Source of the DNA: Gaiellales bacterium
GTDB lineage: Bacteria > Actinomycetota > Thermoleophilia > RBG-16-64-13
Assembly: GCA_012719395.1 (NCBI GenBank)
Contig: JAAYAL010000025.1
Span: forward strand, 8,558-72,557
Reading direction: 5' to 3'
DNA length: 64,000 nt
Of this stretch, positions 26,799 to 35,826 are shown one piece after another. The stretch's first letter is position 1; every line of letters starts with the position of its first letter. The position numbers were made by a program, and so were the translations under genes. The notes under the pieces were generated by a model. The model searched no databases. It was not told the DNA's origin and saw only the letters and a list, made by a program, of their open reading frames with translations.

Positions 26799-29700
26799 GC
26801 CTGACCCCCGACCAGCAGCGGGCTGTGTGTGCGGAAGAGAAGGTACTGTTTGTCTCCGCCGGAGCCGGGAGCGGCAAGACCAAGGTGCTGGTGGAGCGCT
26901 ACGTGCGGTGCGTGGCGGAACTGGGTGTTCCCACGGGGCAGGCGGCGGCAGTGACGTTCACCCGCAAGGCGGCGGGCGAGCTGCGTCACCGGATCCGTAG
27001 CAGATTCGTGGAGATGGGCAGGTCTGACCTCGCGCAGGGCATGGATCGGGCGCCGATCGGCACCATCCACAGCCTCTGCAGTCGCATCCTTCGCAGCGAG
27101 GGCCTCATCATGGGCCTTCACCCCGGCTTTCGCGTGCTGGAGGAAGACGAGGCGGAGATCCTGATACGCGATTCGTTGACGGCGGCCCGGGAAGAGGTTG
27201 CAGCACAGGCCGCCGCGGCAGAGCTCGAGGTGCTGGCCCGTCACCGCACCATGCTGGAAGAGCAGGTGCTGGCGGCCTTCCGGTCAATGCGCGCCGCCGG
27301 CCAACGAGTTCCGCGGCTTGGCGTGCCACCTTGCGGTGACGCCGGCCGGGCCAGGGCCGTCCTTGAGGCTGCCCTGGAGGACGTGTGTACTCTCTCGCCT
27401 GCTGAGCTCCCCAACGCCACGGCAGCCGGCAACTACGCCAAGGCCGGGGAGTGCCTGCAGTGGCTCGCCACCATCCCCTCCGTGCATCCCGCCACCATCT
27501 GCCGGGCGGGGGCCTACGTGCCCGCCATGAGGGGTGACAAGGTCAAGGCCCTCTTCGGTGAGCAGCGGGACGCGCTGGTCGCCTGGTGCCGTGTCATGGG
27601 CGAGGAGTACCTGGCGCGGGTGGCGGTCGTTGCATCTACGCTTCTGGACCGCTTCGTTGGCATCTACGCCGCGCTCAAGGCAGAAAGGGAGGCGCTGGAT
27701 TTCGCGGATCTGGAGATCGAGGCCATCTCGTTGCTCGAGAGCTCGGGACGACGTTCCCGGGAGCCCTTGTACCTGCTGGTAGACGAATTCCAGGACACAA
27801 ACCTGCTGCAGTGCCGGCTGTTCGATTTGCTGGCACCGGTGTCGTTCACATCGGTGGGCGATTACTTCCAGAGCATCTACTCCTTCCGTGGGGCGGACTG
27901 TACCGTCTTCCAGCGGCGGCGGGATCAGTTGCGGGCCGGGGAGGGCGAAGGCTTGGACTTCGGTCGCCACCGGGTGGGCGGCAGCGGCACGTCCGCCTGC
28001 ATCTCGCTGGCCACCAGTTTTCGCACCGCCGAGCCTGTCCTGACTGCGATCAACCGCCTATTTGGTCACGAAGCTTTCTTTGGCGTCTCGTACGTGCCGC
28101 TGGAGCCTTGCAGCACCCGCCACGTGGACCGTGAGCGGGGGCGACTGGATCCGGCCGTGGAGTTGCACGTGGTAGACGTGCCCCGCTCTTCGGACCTGGA
28201 CCGGGGTGAGGGAGGTGAGCTCGCAGAGGGCGCCGAGGGGGCGATGATGGGGCCCATAGGAGGATTCGCCGATGAGGGGGAGGTGGCGCAGGCGCCCTTC
28301 CCGGAGGCCTTGTACGTTGGCGCCCGCGTGAAATGCCTGGTGGAGGAGGAGGGTTGGCGCCCGGGGCAGATTGTGATTCTGCTCCGCAAGACGGTGCGGT
28401 CAGGAGAATACGCGCAGGCGCTCCAACGGCTGGGTATCGGCTCCTACGTGGTGGGCGGCAGGGGTTACTTCTCACAACTGGAAGTGACCGATGTCATGTC
28501 GTTCCTCACTCTTCTCCTCGATCCTCACGATGATCTGGCTCTGGCCACGGCGCTGCGTTCGCCCCTGGCCCGGGTGAGTGACGATGCCCTCTGGCTTCTG
28601 GGTCGTGTGCGCAGAGAGCAAGGCCTCATGTCGTTGTGGGAGGCCGTGCGCGCGCCAGACAGAGAGTTGCTTGCCACCCAGGACGAAAGGCAGCTTGAGT
28701 GCCTGTGCACAGCGGTGAGGGATCTGTGCGGCCGGGTGGGTGGCCCGGGGATGTCCGGCCTGATAGACGAGGCGGTCTCCTCGCTTGACTACGATTTGTC
28801 GCTTCTCTCCGCCCCGGAGGGGCGGCGTCGTTTCGCCAACGTGCGCAAATTGATGGAACTGGCGGACGTGTTCGAGGAAATGGAGGGGCCGGACCTGGCC
28901 GGTTTCTTGGCCCATGTGAGGCGGCGCGGGGGCTTGGGGGACAAAGAGGGTGAAGCCACGGTGTTGGCTGAGGATGAGGATGTCGTTCGGATCATGAGCG
29001 TCCACCAAGCCAAGGGGTTGGAGTTCCCGGTGGTGATCCATGCCGGGCTGGGGGACATGGTGCGAGAGGACAACCGGGGGCTTCTCGTGGGTGCCGAGGG
29101 TGAGGTGGCCTTGAGGATGACCCTTCCCGGCAAGTTCAACGCCCTGAAGAGCCACATCACGCTGGGACCCTACGAGCAACTGCTCCAACAAGAGAGAGAG
29201 CAAGTGCGCATGGAGGAGGCCCGCATATGCTACGTGGCGGCCACCAGGGCGCAGGAACGTCTCATCCTGGTGGGAGCGCGGGCGCCGCTTCTCCGCCAAG
29301 CGGAGAAGCGGCCGCTCACCTGGTTCATGAGCGCGGTGGGTTTGGGCGCGGAGGCCGACGTGCCTGTCGCGTCCCGTCCTTGGGACGACGTGGATCTGGT
29401 GTGCAACCCAAGCGTCCGTTCAGCTTGTTCCACTGCACCGGACGTCACCGGGCGGGAGAAGGCCGCGGGGGTGGTTCTGTCTCCGGTGGCACCGCCGGTG
29501 TTCCCTGCGCTGACGCGGGCGCCCTCGACCTCTGCGGTGAGTTTCTCCGCGCTGAAACTCTTCCACCTCTGTCCGCGGCGCTACTACGTGGAGCGCGTGC
29601 TCGGCTTCAGGGCCGAGACCGCCCTCAATCGGCCGGGCGACTCTCTCCCAGCGGTGGCGAGTGCGGCCAACGGCGCCCAAGAGGGGGAGTGGTATCCTCG

Positions 29701-30349
29701 CGGCCTCCGGGAGCCGGACGAGGAGGGGGAGCCCCAACGGCTGGAAATGGGCATCGTGGTCCACAAGATGCTGGAACTGGCGCCTCTGGGCGCTCACATA
29801 CCCGCTGAAGGCCTCCTGTGCGAACTCTACGGCGCCGCCACCAGCATGCTAGGCGTGTCGTTGCCCCAGCGGGCGGGTGAGGAGTGCCGGGCTCTGTGCG
29901 CCGCCTACTGGAGGTCGCCCCTGGCCCGGCTGGGCGGCGATACTCTCGGCCGAGAGGTCTCCTTTGCTTTTGCAGTCGGCGCCAGATTGGTGAAAGGCGT
30001 GATGGACCGTGTGGAAGTGTCGCGGGAGACCTGGCACATCATAGACTACAAGACCAACCTTCTCTGCGGTCGGTCGGCCCTGCAGGCATCTGCTGCCTAC
30101 CACCTACAGGTTGTCATCTACGGGTTGCTGGGGCTGCGGCGCGGTGCGGACCGAGTATACGTTCATCTGCTGTTTCTGGAGGCTCCGGAGGAGCCGGTCT
30201 CGGTGGCGTACGGGCCGGGGGATATGGCGCAGTTGGAGGAGCGACTGCGTGCCGAGGTGGTGGCTCTGGAGACCAGCCGCTTCGAACGCGCCGCGGCGGA
30301 ATGCCCTGCCTGTCCGCACAACTGGATGTGCGGGGTCACGCGGCATTGA
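26795..30349 (+). CDS. AddA/AdnB-like UvrD-family helicase with C-terminal RecB-family nuclease
   Basis: ATG overlaps the upstream stop (ATGA). Walker A 'AGAGSGKTKVL', UvrD motifs, 'IIDYKTN'. Cys pattern 'HLCP...CPACPHNWMC' (C-x2-C-x5-C). Confidence 0.8.
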   Translation: MSLTPDQQRAVCAEEKVLFVSAGAGSGKTKVLVERYVRCVAELGVPTGQAAAVTFTRKAAGELRHRIRSRFVEMGRSDLAQGMDRAPIGTIHSLCSRILRSEGLIMGLHPGFRVLEEDEAEILIRDSLTAAREEVAAQAAAAELEVLARHRTMLEEQVLAAFRSMRAAGQRVPRLGVPPCGDAGRARAVLEAALEDVCTLSPAELPNATAAGNYAKAGECLQWLATIPSVHPATICRAGAYVPAMRGDKVKALFGEQRDALVAWCRVMGEEYLARVAVVASTLLDRFVGIYAALKAEREALDFADLEIEAISLLESSGRRSREPLYLLVDEFQDTNLLQCRLFDLLAPVSFTSVGDYFQSIYSFRGADCTVFQRRRDQLRAGEGEGLDFGRHRVGGSGTSACISLATSFRTAEPVLTAINRLFGHEAFFGVSYVPLEPCSTRHVDRERGRLDPAVELHVVDVPRSSDLDRGEGGELAEGAEGAMMGPIGGFADEGEVAQAPFPEALYVGARVKCLVEEEGWRPGQIVILLRKTVRSGEYAQALQRLGIGSYVVGGRGYFSQLEVTDVMSFLTLLLDPHDDLALATALRSPLARVSDDALWLLGRVRREQGLMSLWEAVRAPDRELLATQDERQLECLCTAVRDLCGRVGGPGMSGLIDEAVSSLDYDLSLLSAPEGRRRFANVRKLMELADVFEEMEGPDLAGFLAHVRRRGGLGDKEGEATVLAEDEDVVRIMSVHQAKGLEFPVVIHAGLGDMVREDNRGLLVGAEGEVALRMTLPGKFNALKSHITLGPYEQLLQQEREQVRMEEARICYVAATRAQERLILVGARAPLLRQAEKRPLTWFMSAVGLGAEADVPVASRPWDDVDLVCNPSVRSACSTAPDVTGREKAAGVVLSPVAPPVFPALTRAPSTSAVSFSALKLFHLCPRRYYVERVLGFRAETALNRPGDSLPAVASAANGAQEGEWYPRGLREPDEEGEPQRLEMGIVVHKMLELAPLGAHIPAEGLLCELYGAATSMLGVSLPQRAGEECRALCAAYWRSPLARLGGDTLGREVSFAFAVGARLVKGVMDRVEVSRETWHIIDYKTNLLCGRSALQASAAYHLQVVIYGLLGLRRGADRVYVHLLFLEAPEEPVSVAYGPGDMAQLEERLRAEVVALETSRFERAAAECPACPHNWMCGVTRH

Positions 30350-30357
30350 TGAGGTAC

Positions 30358-30690
30358 CTACACGGCGTCGCTTGCTTGCTGCCGGCTCTGGAAGCAGCGA
30401 AAACACCCGTCGCCGGTCAACCCCACCATGGTGAAGATCCGCCGCAGATCGGAGTTGGCTGAGACGATCCCCAGCCATCCCTGGGGGCGCACGCGGGCAA
30501 GCAGCGAAAGCAGCACGGCGACTCCGCCGCTGTCCATATACGGGCAGTGCTCCAGATCCAGGAGAAGGCGAAGTCCCTCGCCCAGCGCTCGGTGGGTAAC
30601 CTCGTGCAGTGAGCGGCCGGACGAGTGGTCAACCTCGCCATGAACCTCCACCAGCGGTATCAGACCCAAGCGCGACTGCTGCAGTTTCAC
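30358..30690 (-). CDS. STAS-domain anti-sigma factor antagonist
   Basis: GTG 30690 after GGAGGAGG. 'LLLDLEHCPYMDSGGVAVLLSL' SpoIIAA-like. Confidence 0.65.
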   Translation of the reverse strand: MKLQQSRLGLIPLVEVHGEVDHSSGRSLHEVTHRALGEGLRLLLDLEHCPYMDSGGVAVLLSLLARVRPQGWLGIVSANSDLRRIFTMVGLTGDGCFRCFQSRQQASDAV

Positions 30691-30932
30691 CGTCTCCCAT
30701 CCTCCTCCGGGGTCAATCGTCTCCTCCGGCTCTGTACCCAAGCATCGGCCCAATCACTCATATCCTCATCGGCCCGGCCCGGCCCGGCCGGCGGCGCTCT
30801 GCTGCTCGTGGGAGCTCTGGAGGGAACGTGGGAGCACCTGCGCCGGTCCTAGCCGGCGGCGTGGCTGGAATGAGCCCGAACAAGGGCAAGGTGGCAGATG
30901 CCGATGGAAGTGCACGCCGAGGAGGAGAGAGG

Positions 30933-31006
30933 TCGGGGCGCCGGGATTTGAACCCGGGACCTCAGCGTCCCGAACGCTGCGCGCTACCAGGCTGCGCTAC
31001 GCCCCG
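30933..31006 (-). tRNA. tRNA-Pro (anticodon CGG)
   Basis: Cloverleaf folded by hand: acceptor CGGGGCG/CGCCCCG, anticodon loop TTCGGGA, T-loop TTCAAAT. Confidence 0.85.
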
Positions 31007-31052
31007 CGGGCGCCTATGTTACACGATCTTGGCGTCACGGTGCGAACGCCCA

Positions 31053-32132
31053 TCACTGTGTGACGAAGAACACCAGGAGCGAAGCCTCACCCTCAGGCCA
31101 GGAATCCGCGTCCACATCCATCTTCAGTGTGTCGTCCACCATCTCCGCCCGGTGATAGGTAGCGTATCCGGCCAGGATGCCGTTGAGGGCGTTCCCCAGG
31201 GTATCGGCGGGCTGGTTGCCCTCAGTGAGCCGGAATCCGAGTTGCTGTAGGTGCTGCATCAGCCCCGCCACGTGCGACGCAGAAACGACCACGGCAAAGG
31301 TGGGCCCTCCCATCCAGAAAGCGGAGGGAATGGGGTCCAGGTCGGTGGCGGTGCCAAAAGCGGAAGCGGTGGTCTCCGGGTCGGCTCCGTCCTGCTTCAG
31401 TTCCACCCAGGTAGGCTCCGGGACGCCCATGTACTTGGCCATGACGTCCAGTGATGCCGTGGTGGGCGGCTCGGTTGTCTCCGAGGTTGCGGCGGTGGTG
31501 GTGCCGGAGGTTGACGGCGTGAGGGTGGTGGAGGTGGGGGCCGACATGGTTTCCACGGAGTCTTCTGCCGTGGTGACCTGCTCATGTTCCACGTGGAGGT
31601 CGGCACCGGCTGCTTGGGTTGACAGGACGGTGGTGGTGGCAGCGAGCGTGTTGCGTGCCGTGGGGCCGGTGGGCCCGGTCTGCAGCAGCTCCGGCTGCAA
31701 GGAAATGGCCAGGGCGCCCACTACCACCAGTACCAGAGCGGCTGCGGCCACAGCTACGGAATGGGGTTGAAGGTAGGCGCGCAGGCGCCGGCGGAACGAG
31801 GGCAGGGCGGGCGCAGGGCGGGGCACGGTGGGCGCGGGGACAGGATCAGGGCGGCCGGCGGCTGTAGCAGCCGGGGGCGTGACGCCCAAGGCGGACAGCA
31901 CGGCCAGTTCCATGTGCCGGGGCGGTCGTGCCGGCTCAACGGCCTTGAGTGCCGCCGCCACCACGCGCTGATCCTCGAGCAGGGCTCGGCAGGCGGGACA
32001 CGTGGCCAGGTGTGCTTCCACCTGCGAGCGCGCGACCGGGGTAAGGCCACCCTCGATATAGTCGAGGGCCAGGGAGCCCCATTGCTCGATGTGGCCCAGT
32101 GGGGGGATGCTGGAAGCTCCGATCTCGCTCAT
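31053..32132 (-). CDS. ZAS-family anti-sigma factor (HxxxCxxC), single TM, Thr/Pro-rich extracytoplasmic domain
   Basis: 'HLATCPAC' zinc motif, TM 'VAVAAAALVLVVVGALAI'. ATGA overlap with the sigma gene. Confidence 0.7.
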   Translation of the reverse strand: MSEIGASSIPPLGHIEQWGSLALDYIEGGLTPVARSQVEAHLATCPACRALLEDQRVVAAALKAVEPARPPRHMELAVLSALGVTPPAATAAGRPDPVPAPTVPRPAPALPSFRRRLRAYLQPHSVAVAAAALVLVVVGALAISLQPELLQTGPTGPTARNTLAATTTVLSTQAAGADLHVEHEQVTTAEDSVETMSAPTSTTLTPSTSGTTTAATSETTEPPTTASLDVMAKYMGVPEPTWVELKQDGADPETTASAFGTATDLDPIPSAFWMGGPTFAVVVSASHVAGLMQHLQQLGFRLTEGNQPADTLGNALNGILAGYATYHRAEMVDDTLKMDVDADSWPEGEASLLVFFVTQ

Positions 32133-32833
32133 GACGGTGGCCGTTCTTCTCCCGTGGATCGACCGTTCGACGGCTGTGCTGCGCGGGGGGTTCCTGGTGT
32201 GTCGACCCCTGCGCCAGACGTGCTGCTTCTCCCGCCCGCGGGGCCATAGCCGGCGGCACGCAGCGCCTGCGCCAACTCGGCCCGGGCGCGGAATATGCGC
32301 GACTTGATGGTGCCTTCCTGCACGCCGAGGATCTCTGCCGCCTCGCTGTACTCGTAGCCCAACAGATCACAGAGGACAACGGCAAGGCGGAACCGCTCGT
32401 CCAGTAGGAGCAGCGCATCAACGAGCGGGGGGGAGAGACCATCTGCCGCTGGGTCCAGCCGGCTCTGACGCCCACCCACTAGCCGCCCGGCTGCTCCGGT
32501 TTCGCCGGGGGCACACGCGCGATCCAGGTCGTCGTTTTCCATGGGATCCAGGCGCCGCTTGCGCAGGTGGTCGCGCACTGCGTTCACCACGATTCGGTGC
32601 AGCCAGGTGCCGAAGCGCGCCTCTCCCCGGAATTGATCAAGGGCGGCGAAGGCCTTGATGAATGCCTCCTGCGTGACATCGGCCGCATCCCACGAGTCAC
32701 CCATCATACGCAGCGCCAGGTTGTAGGCTTTCTGTTCGTGGCGCCGGTAGAGCTCGGCCACCGCTTGTCCCTCACCCGCGCGGGCCCGCTCCACCAGCAA
32801 TTCGTCGCTGGGCGGCTCTGGTGTGTGTGACAT
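32129..32833 (-). CDS. ECF (sigma-70 family) RNA polymerase sigma factor
   Basis: Region 2 'AYNLALRMMGDSWDAADVTQEAFIKAF', region 4 'LGYEYSEAAEILGVQEGTIKSRIFRA'. Confidence 0.85.
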   Translation of the reverse strand: MSHTPEPPSDELLVERARAGEGQAVAELYRRHEQKAYNLALRMMGDSWDAADVTQEAFIKAFAALDQFRGEARFGTWLHRIVVNAVRDHLRKRRLDPMENDDLDRACAPGETGAAGRLVGGRQSRLDPAADGLSPPLVDALLLLDERFRLAVVLCDLLGYEYSEAAEILGVQEGTIKSRIFRARAELAQALRAAGYGPAGGRSSTSGAGVDTPGTPRAAQPSNGRSTGEERPPS

Positions 32834-32931
32834 CAGTCAGCGTCTCCCATAACGCTCAATTCTAGCAACGGGTTTGCTAACCTGCGCATTCAAAGGGGGC
32901 GGTGCAGCGCTTGACGTCAAGGGAGGCTTTC

Positions 32932-33348
32932 ATGGACGAGGGACGGCGGCCGGACGACGAGAAGGGTGAGGCGGAGGAAACCGCCGAGCTGCTACGCGAA
33001 TACGAGCGGCAGATTATGGCGCTTCCCGTGCAGGAGCACGTGGAACGAATGCTCACGACTCTCTCCGGGCTGGCGCTGCAGCGCTTGGGCATCGGGGAAA
33101 AGGAACCGGCGGCCTGCTCGCCACAAGAGGCCAGGCTGGCAATTGACGCCTTCCGGGCGCTGACAGAGGTGCTGGCACAAGACGAACCGGAACGTGGAGG
33201 AGTCTACCGGGCCACGCTTGCCCAGATGCAGTTGGCCTTCGTCTCCGTGGCCGGGGGGCGGGCCGCCGGAAAGGGGGGCGCGGGGGCGACGCCCGAAACC
33301 AACGGCGAAGACGATGGCGAAGCGGGCAAAAACGGCGAAGGCCTGTAG
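32932..33348 (+). CDS. hypothetical protein (DUF1844-like)
   Basis: ATG 32932 five nt after GGGAGG. Pattern resembles DUF1844. Acidic C-terminal tail. Confidence 0.45.
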   Translation: MDEGRRPDDEKGEAEETAELLREYERQIMALPVQEHVERMLTTLSGLALQRLGIGEKEPAACSPQEARLAIDAFRALTEVLAQDEPERGGVYRATLAQMQLAFVSVAGGRAAGKGGAGATPETNGEDDGEAGKNGEGL

Positions 33349-33360
33349 GGAGGGAGCGGC

Positions 33361-34164
33361 ATGGTGCACGCGGAGATCGGTGTGTTCGGGGGATCAGGCT
33401 TCTACTCTCTCTTGGACGACGTGCAGGAAGTGGCGGTCCCGACGCCTTATGGTCCCACCAGTGACGATGTGTTCGTGGGTGAGATAGGGGGGGTGCGGGT
33501 GGCCTTCCTGCCGCGGCACGGCCGGTCCCATACCATTCCGCCACATCGCATCAACTACCGGGCCAACGTGTGGGCCATGAAGGAACTGGGAGTCGGCCGG
33601 TTACTGGCGCCCTGCGCCTGTGGGAGCCTGAAGCCGGAACTGCAACGCGGCGACTTCGTACTCTGCGATCAGTACGTGGATCGCACCAAGGCGCGCCTGG
33701 ACACCTACTACGATGGGCCCACGGTGGCGCATGTAGCCTCGGGTGAGCCGTTCTGTCCGCAGTTGCGGGCCTCCCTGCTGGCCGGTGGCCGGGACCTAGG
33801 ATATAGGATGCACGAGAAGGGCACCGTGGTGGTGATCGAAGGGCCCCGTTTCTCCACCAAGGCGGAGAGCAGATGGTTCGCCGGCATGGGCTGGGATGTG
33901 GTGAACATGACCGCTTATCCCGAGGCGCATCTGGCGCGGGAGATGGAGCTGTGCTACTCGAGTATCGCCGTGGTCACGGACTACGACGCGGGGCTGGTGG
34001 ACGATCCCTCCATCGCCGGCGTCACGGTGGCGGAGGTGCTGGACAACTTCGCCCGCAGCATCAGCCGCCTGCGCACGCTGCTCTTCCACGTCATCCCGCG
34101 GCTGGGCGGGACGCGAGGCTGTGCCTGCGGACAGGCGCTGGAGGGCGCCATCATCGGCGGGTAG
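33361..34164 (+). CDS. mtnP: S-methyl-5'-thioadenosine phosphorylase
   Basis: 'IGVFGGSGFY...FLPRHG..H..PPH.INYRAN' MTAP/PNP family signature. Confidence 0.85.
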   Translation: MVHAEIGVFGGSGFYSLLDDVQEVAVPTPYGPTSDDVFVGEIGGVRVAFLPRHGRSHTIPPHRINYRANVWAMKELGVGRLLAPCACGSLKPELQRGDFVLCDQYVDRTKARLDTYYDGPTVAHVASGEPFCPQLRASLLAGGRDLGYRMHEKGTVVVIEGPRFSTKAESRWFAGMGWDVVNMTAYPEAHLAREMELCYSSIAVVTDYDAGLVDDPSIAGVTVAEVLDNFARSISRLRTLLFHVIPRLGGTRGCACGQALEGAIIGG

Positions 34165-34188
34165 CGGCCGGCCTCCGGCCGCCGCCGG

Positions 34189-34551
34189 TCAGTTGGCCGA
34201 CGGAGCGGCCGCTTCGGGCGCGGGACCGGGCAGAGTGAGTACCGGGTACTCCACCACCAGGTCGTCATCTTCCCGCCTGATCTCAGCGCGCTCAATGTAG
34301 GAGCGGAGCACCTGCTTGCGTTTCTCCTCGGACTCCCCCACCAGCCGGTTGTCAACTTCGAGCACGTTCCCGTACATGCGTTGCACGAGGTTCGCGGCTT
34401 CATTCGGGGTGAGCCCCAGGGGCTTGAGCAGGGCCGCGATGCGGCTGAGGATGCCTTTGAGTGCGGCGACGGATTCGCGTTCGGGCTCGTCCTGCTCGGA
34501 TTCGATTCGGTCACGCTCAGGCGACTGCTCCCGACGGTCTCTTCTGGACAC
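34189..34551 (-). CDS. hypothetical protein
   Basis: GTG 34551 after GAGGAG. Protein-like C-terminal 90 aa. No domain recognised. Confidence 0.35.
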   Translation of the reverse strand: MSRRDRREQSPERDRIESEQDEPERESVAALKGILSRIAALLKPLGLTPNEAANLVQRMYGNVLEVDNRLVGESEEKRKQVLRSYIERAEIRREDDDLVVEYPVLTLPGPAPEAAAPSAN

Positions 34552-34795
34552 GTGGCTCCTCGTCTTCCGGGTTGTACGCTGGAATGGCTGCCTGCGGGGC
34601 GTCGGCACAGAAATGGTGCGGCGGCAGCCGCAGCTATTGTAGAGCATGTGGGCGGCGGGCGGAAGCGGTGAAGGCGCGCGCCCATCACGGCACGAATGCG
34701 CCGCCACCCGCCCGGTTCCCACGGCAGCGGCGCAGCCGGGGATACGGATGAGGCAGGGGGTGCGGCGGAGACGATCAGCGCCGCGCCGGCGTCTC

Positions 34796-35029
34796 TCAGC
34801 TTTCCACGACTATCCGGGTGTCCGTCTCCTTGACACCGGCCATGGTCTGCACCGAGCGGAAGATGAGGTCGGCCAGACCACGTGGGTCCTCCGCGTTGAC
34901 GAGTGCGATGAGGTCCGTGGGCCCGGTGACAGAGTCGGCCCGCTCCACACTGGGGAGCGATCGCAGCTGATCCAGCACTTCACGAGTCTTCCCCGATTCC
35001 ACCTTTACGAGAACGTAGGCGCGCACCAT
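34796..35029 (-). CDS. stand-alone Lrp/AsnC ligand-binding (RAM) domain protein
   Basis: 77 aa. 'AYVLVKVESGKTREVLDQLRSLPSVERADSVTGPTDLIALV' AsnC_trans_reg fold. AGGGGGA RBS. Confidence 0.6.
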   Translation of the reverse strand: MVRAYVLVKVESGKTREVLDQLRSLPSVERADSVTGPTDLIALVNAEDPRGLADLIFRSVQTMAGVKETDTRIVVES

Positions 35030-35175
35030 GTCATCCCCCTGGTCGTGTTGCCCTATGCTCGGCAGAACGCGGCGATTCCATGTCCCTCATACCCATTCTC
35101 CCATACCCCGGTAGGGACAAAGGAAACGTTGACATGGGGTATACTGGGTCCGCCTATGGCGGCGCGGTCGGGCGT

Positions 35176-35249
35176 CGGGACGTGGCGCAGCCTGGTAGCG
35201 CATCTGCTTTGGGAGCAGAGGGTCGGAGGTTCAAATCCTCTCGTCCCGA
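35176..35249 (+). tRNA. tRNA-Pro (anticodon TGG)
   Basis: Acceptor CGGGACG/CGTCCCG, anticodon loop TTTGGGA. Confidence 0.85.
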
Positions 35250-35279
35250 CCTTGAAGCCGGGGCGGGAGTGTGTAGCAG

Positions 35280-35352
35280 GCGGGCGTAGCTCAGTTGGCA
35301 GAGCGTCGGCCTTCCAAGCCGTTTGTCGCGGGTTCGATTCCCGTCGCCCGCT
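35280..35352 (+). tRNA. tRNA-Gly (anticodon TCC)
   Basis: Acceptor GCGGGCG/CGCCCGC, anticodon loop CTTCCAA, T-loop TTCGATT. Confidence 0.8.
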
Positions 35353-35387
35353 CTATCGGCCCGCTCCAGATGGCGCAGGTCGTGCGT

Positions 35388-35461
<74 letters not shown>

Positions 35462-35524
35462 CTATGCTTTAGGCGGTTGGATGCGCCGGAGAAGCCACAG
35501 TCGGCGTGGAGAGGTTCGTTTCGC

Positions 35525-35598
35525 GGTGAAGGTAGCTCAGCTGGCAGAGCACTGGGTTGTGGCCCCAGCGGTCGGGGGTTCAAATCCCCTCCTTCACC
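35525..35598 (+). tRNA. tRNA-His (anticodon GTG), includes G-1
   Basis: G-1:C73, acceptor GTGAAGG/CCTTCAC, anticodon loop TTGTGGC. Confidence 0.85.
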
Positions 35599-35696
35599 CC
35601 TTGTGTGGGGGCGGCCCGAACCCGGGAGGGTCCGGGCCGCCCCCACAGCAGTGCCCCGGCCGTTGACGCGGCCACCATGCAACTCGAGCCAACGTG

Positions 35697-35776
35697 CGGG
35701 TGTGGCGGAATGGCAGACGCGCATGCCTTAGGAGCATGTGTCTTTGACGTGGAGGTTCGAGTCCTCTCACCCGCAC
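35697..35776 (+). tRNA. tRNA-Leu (anticodon TAG), type II with variable arm
   Basis: Acceptor GCGGGTG/CACCCGC, anticodon loop CTTAGGA, extra arm. Confidence 0.8.
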
Positions 35777-35826
35777 TCCTCTCGTCACGCTACCCGCGGA
35801 TGCACCTGATGTAGGAAAGGAATGAT

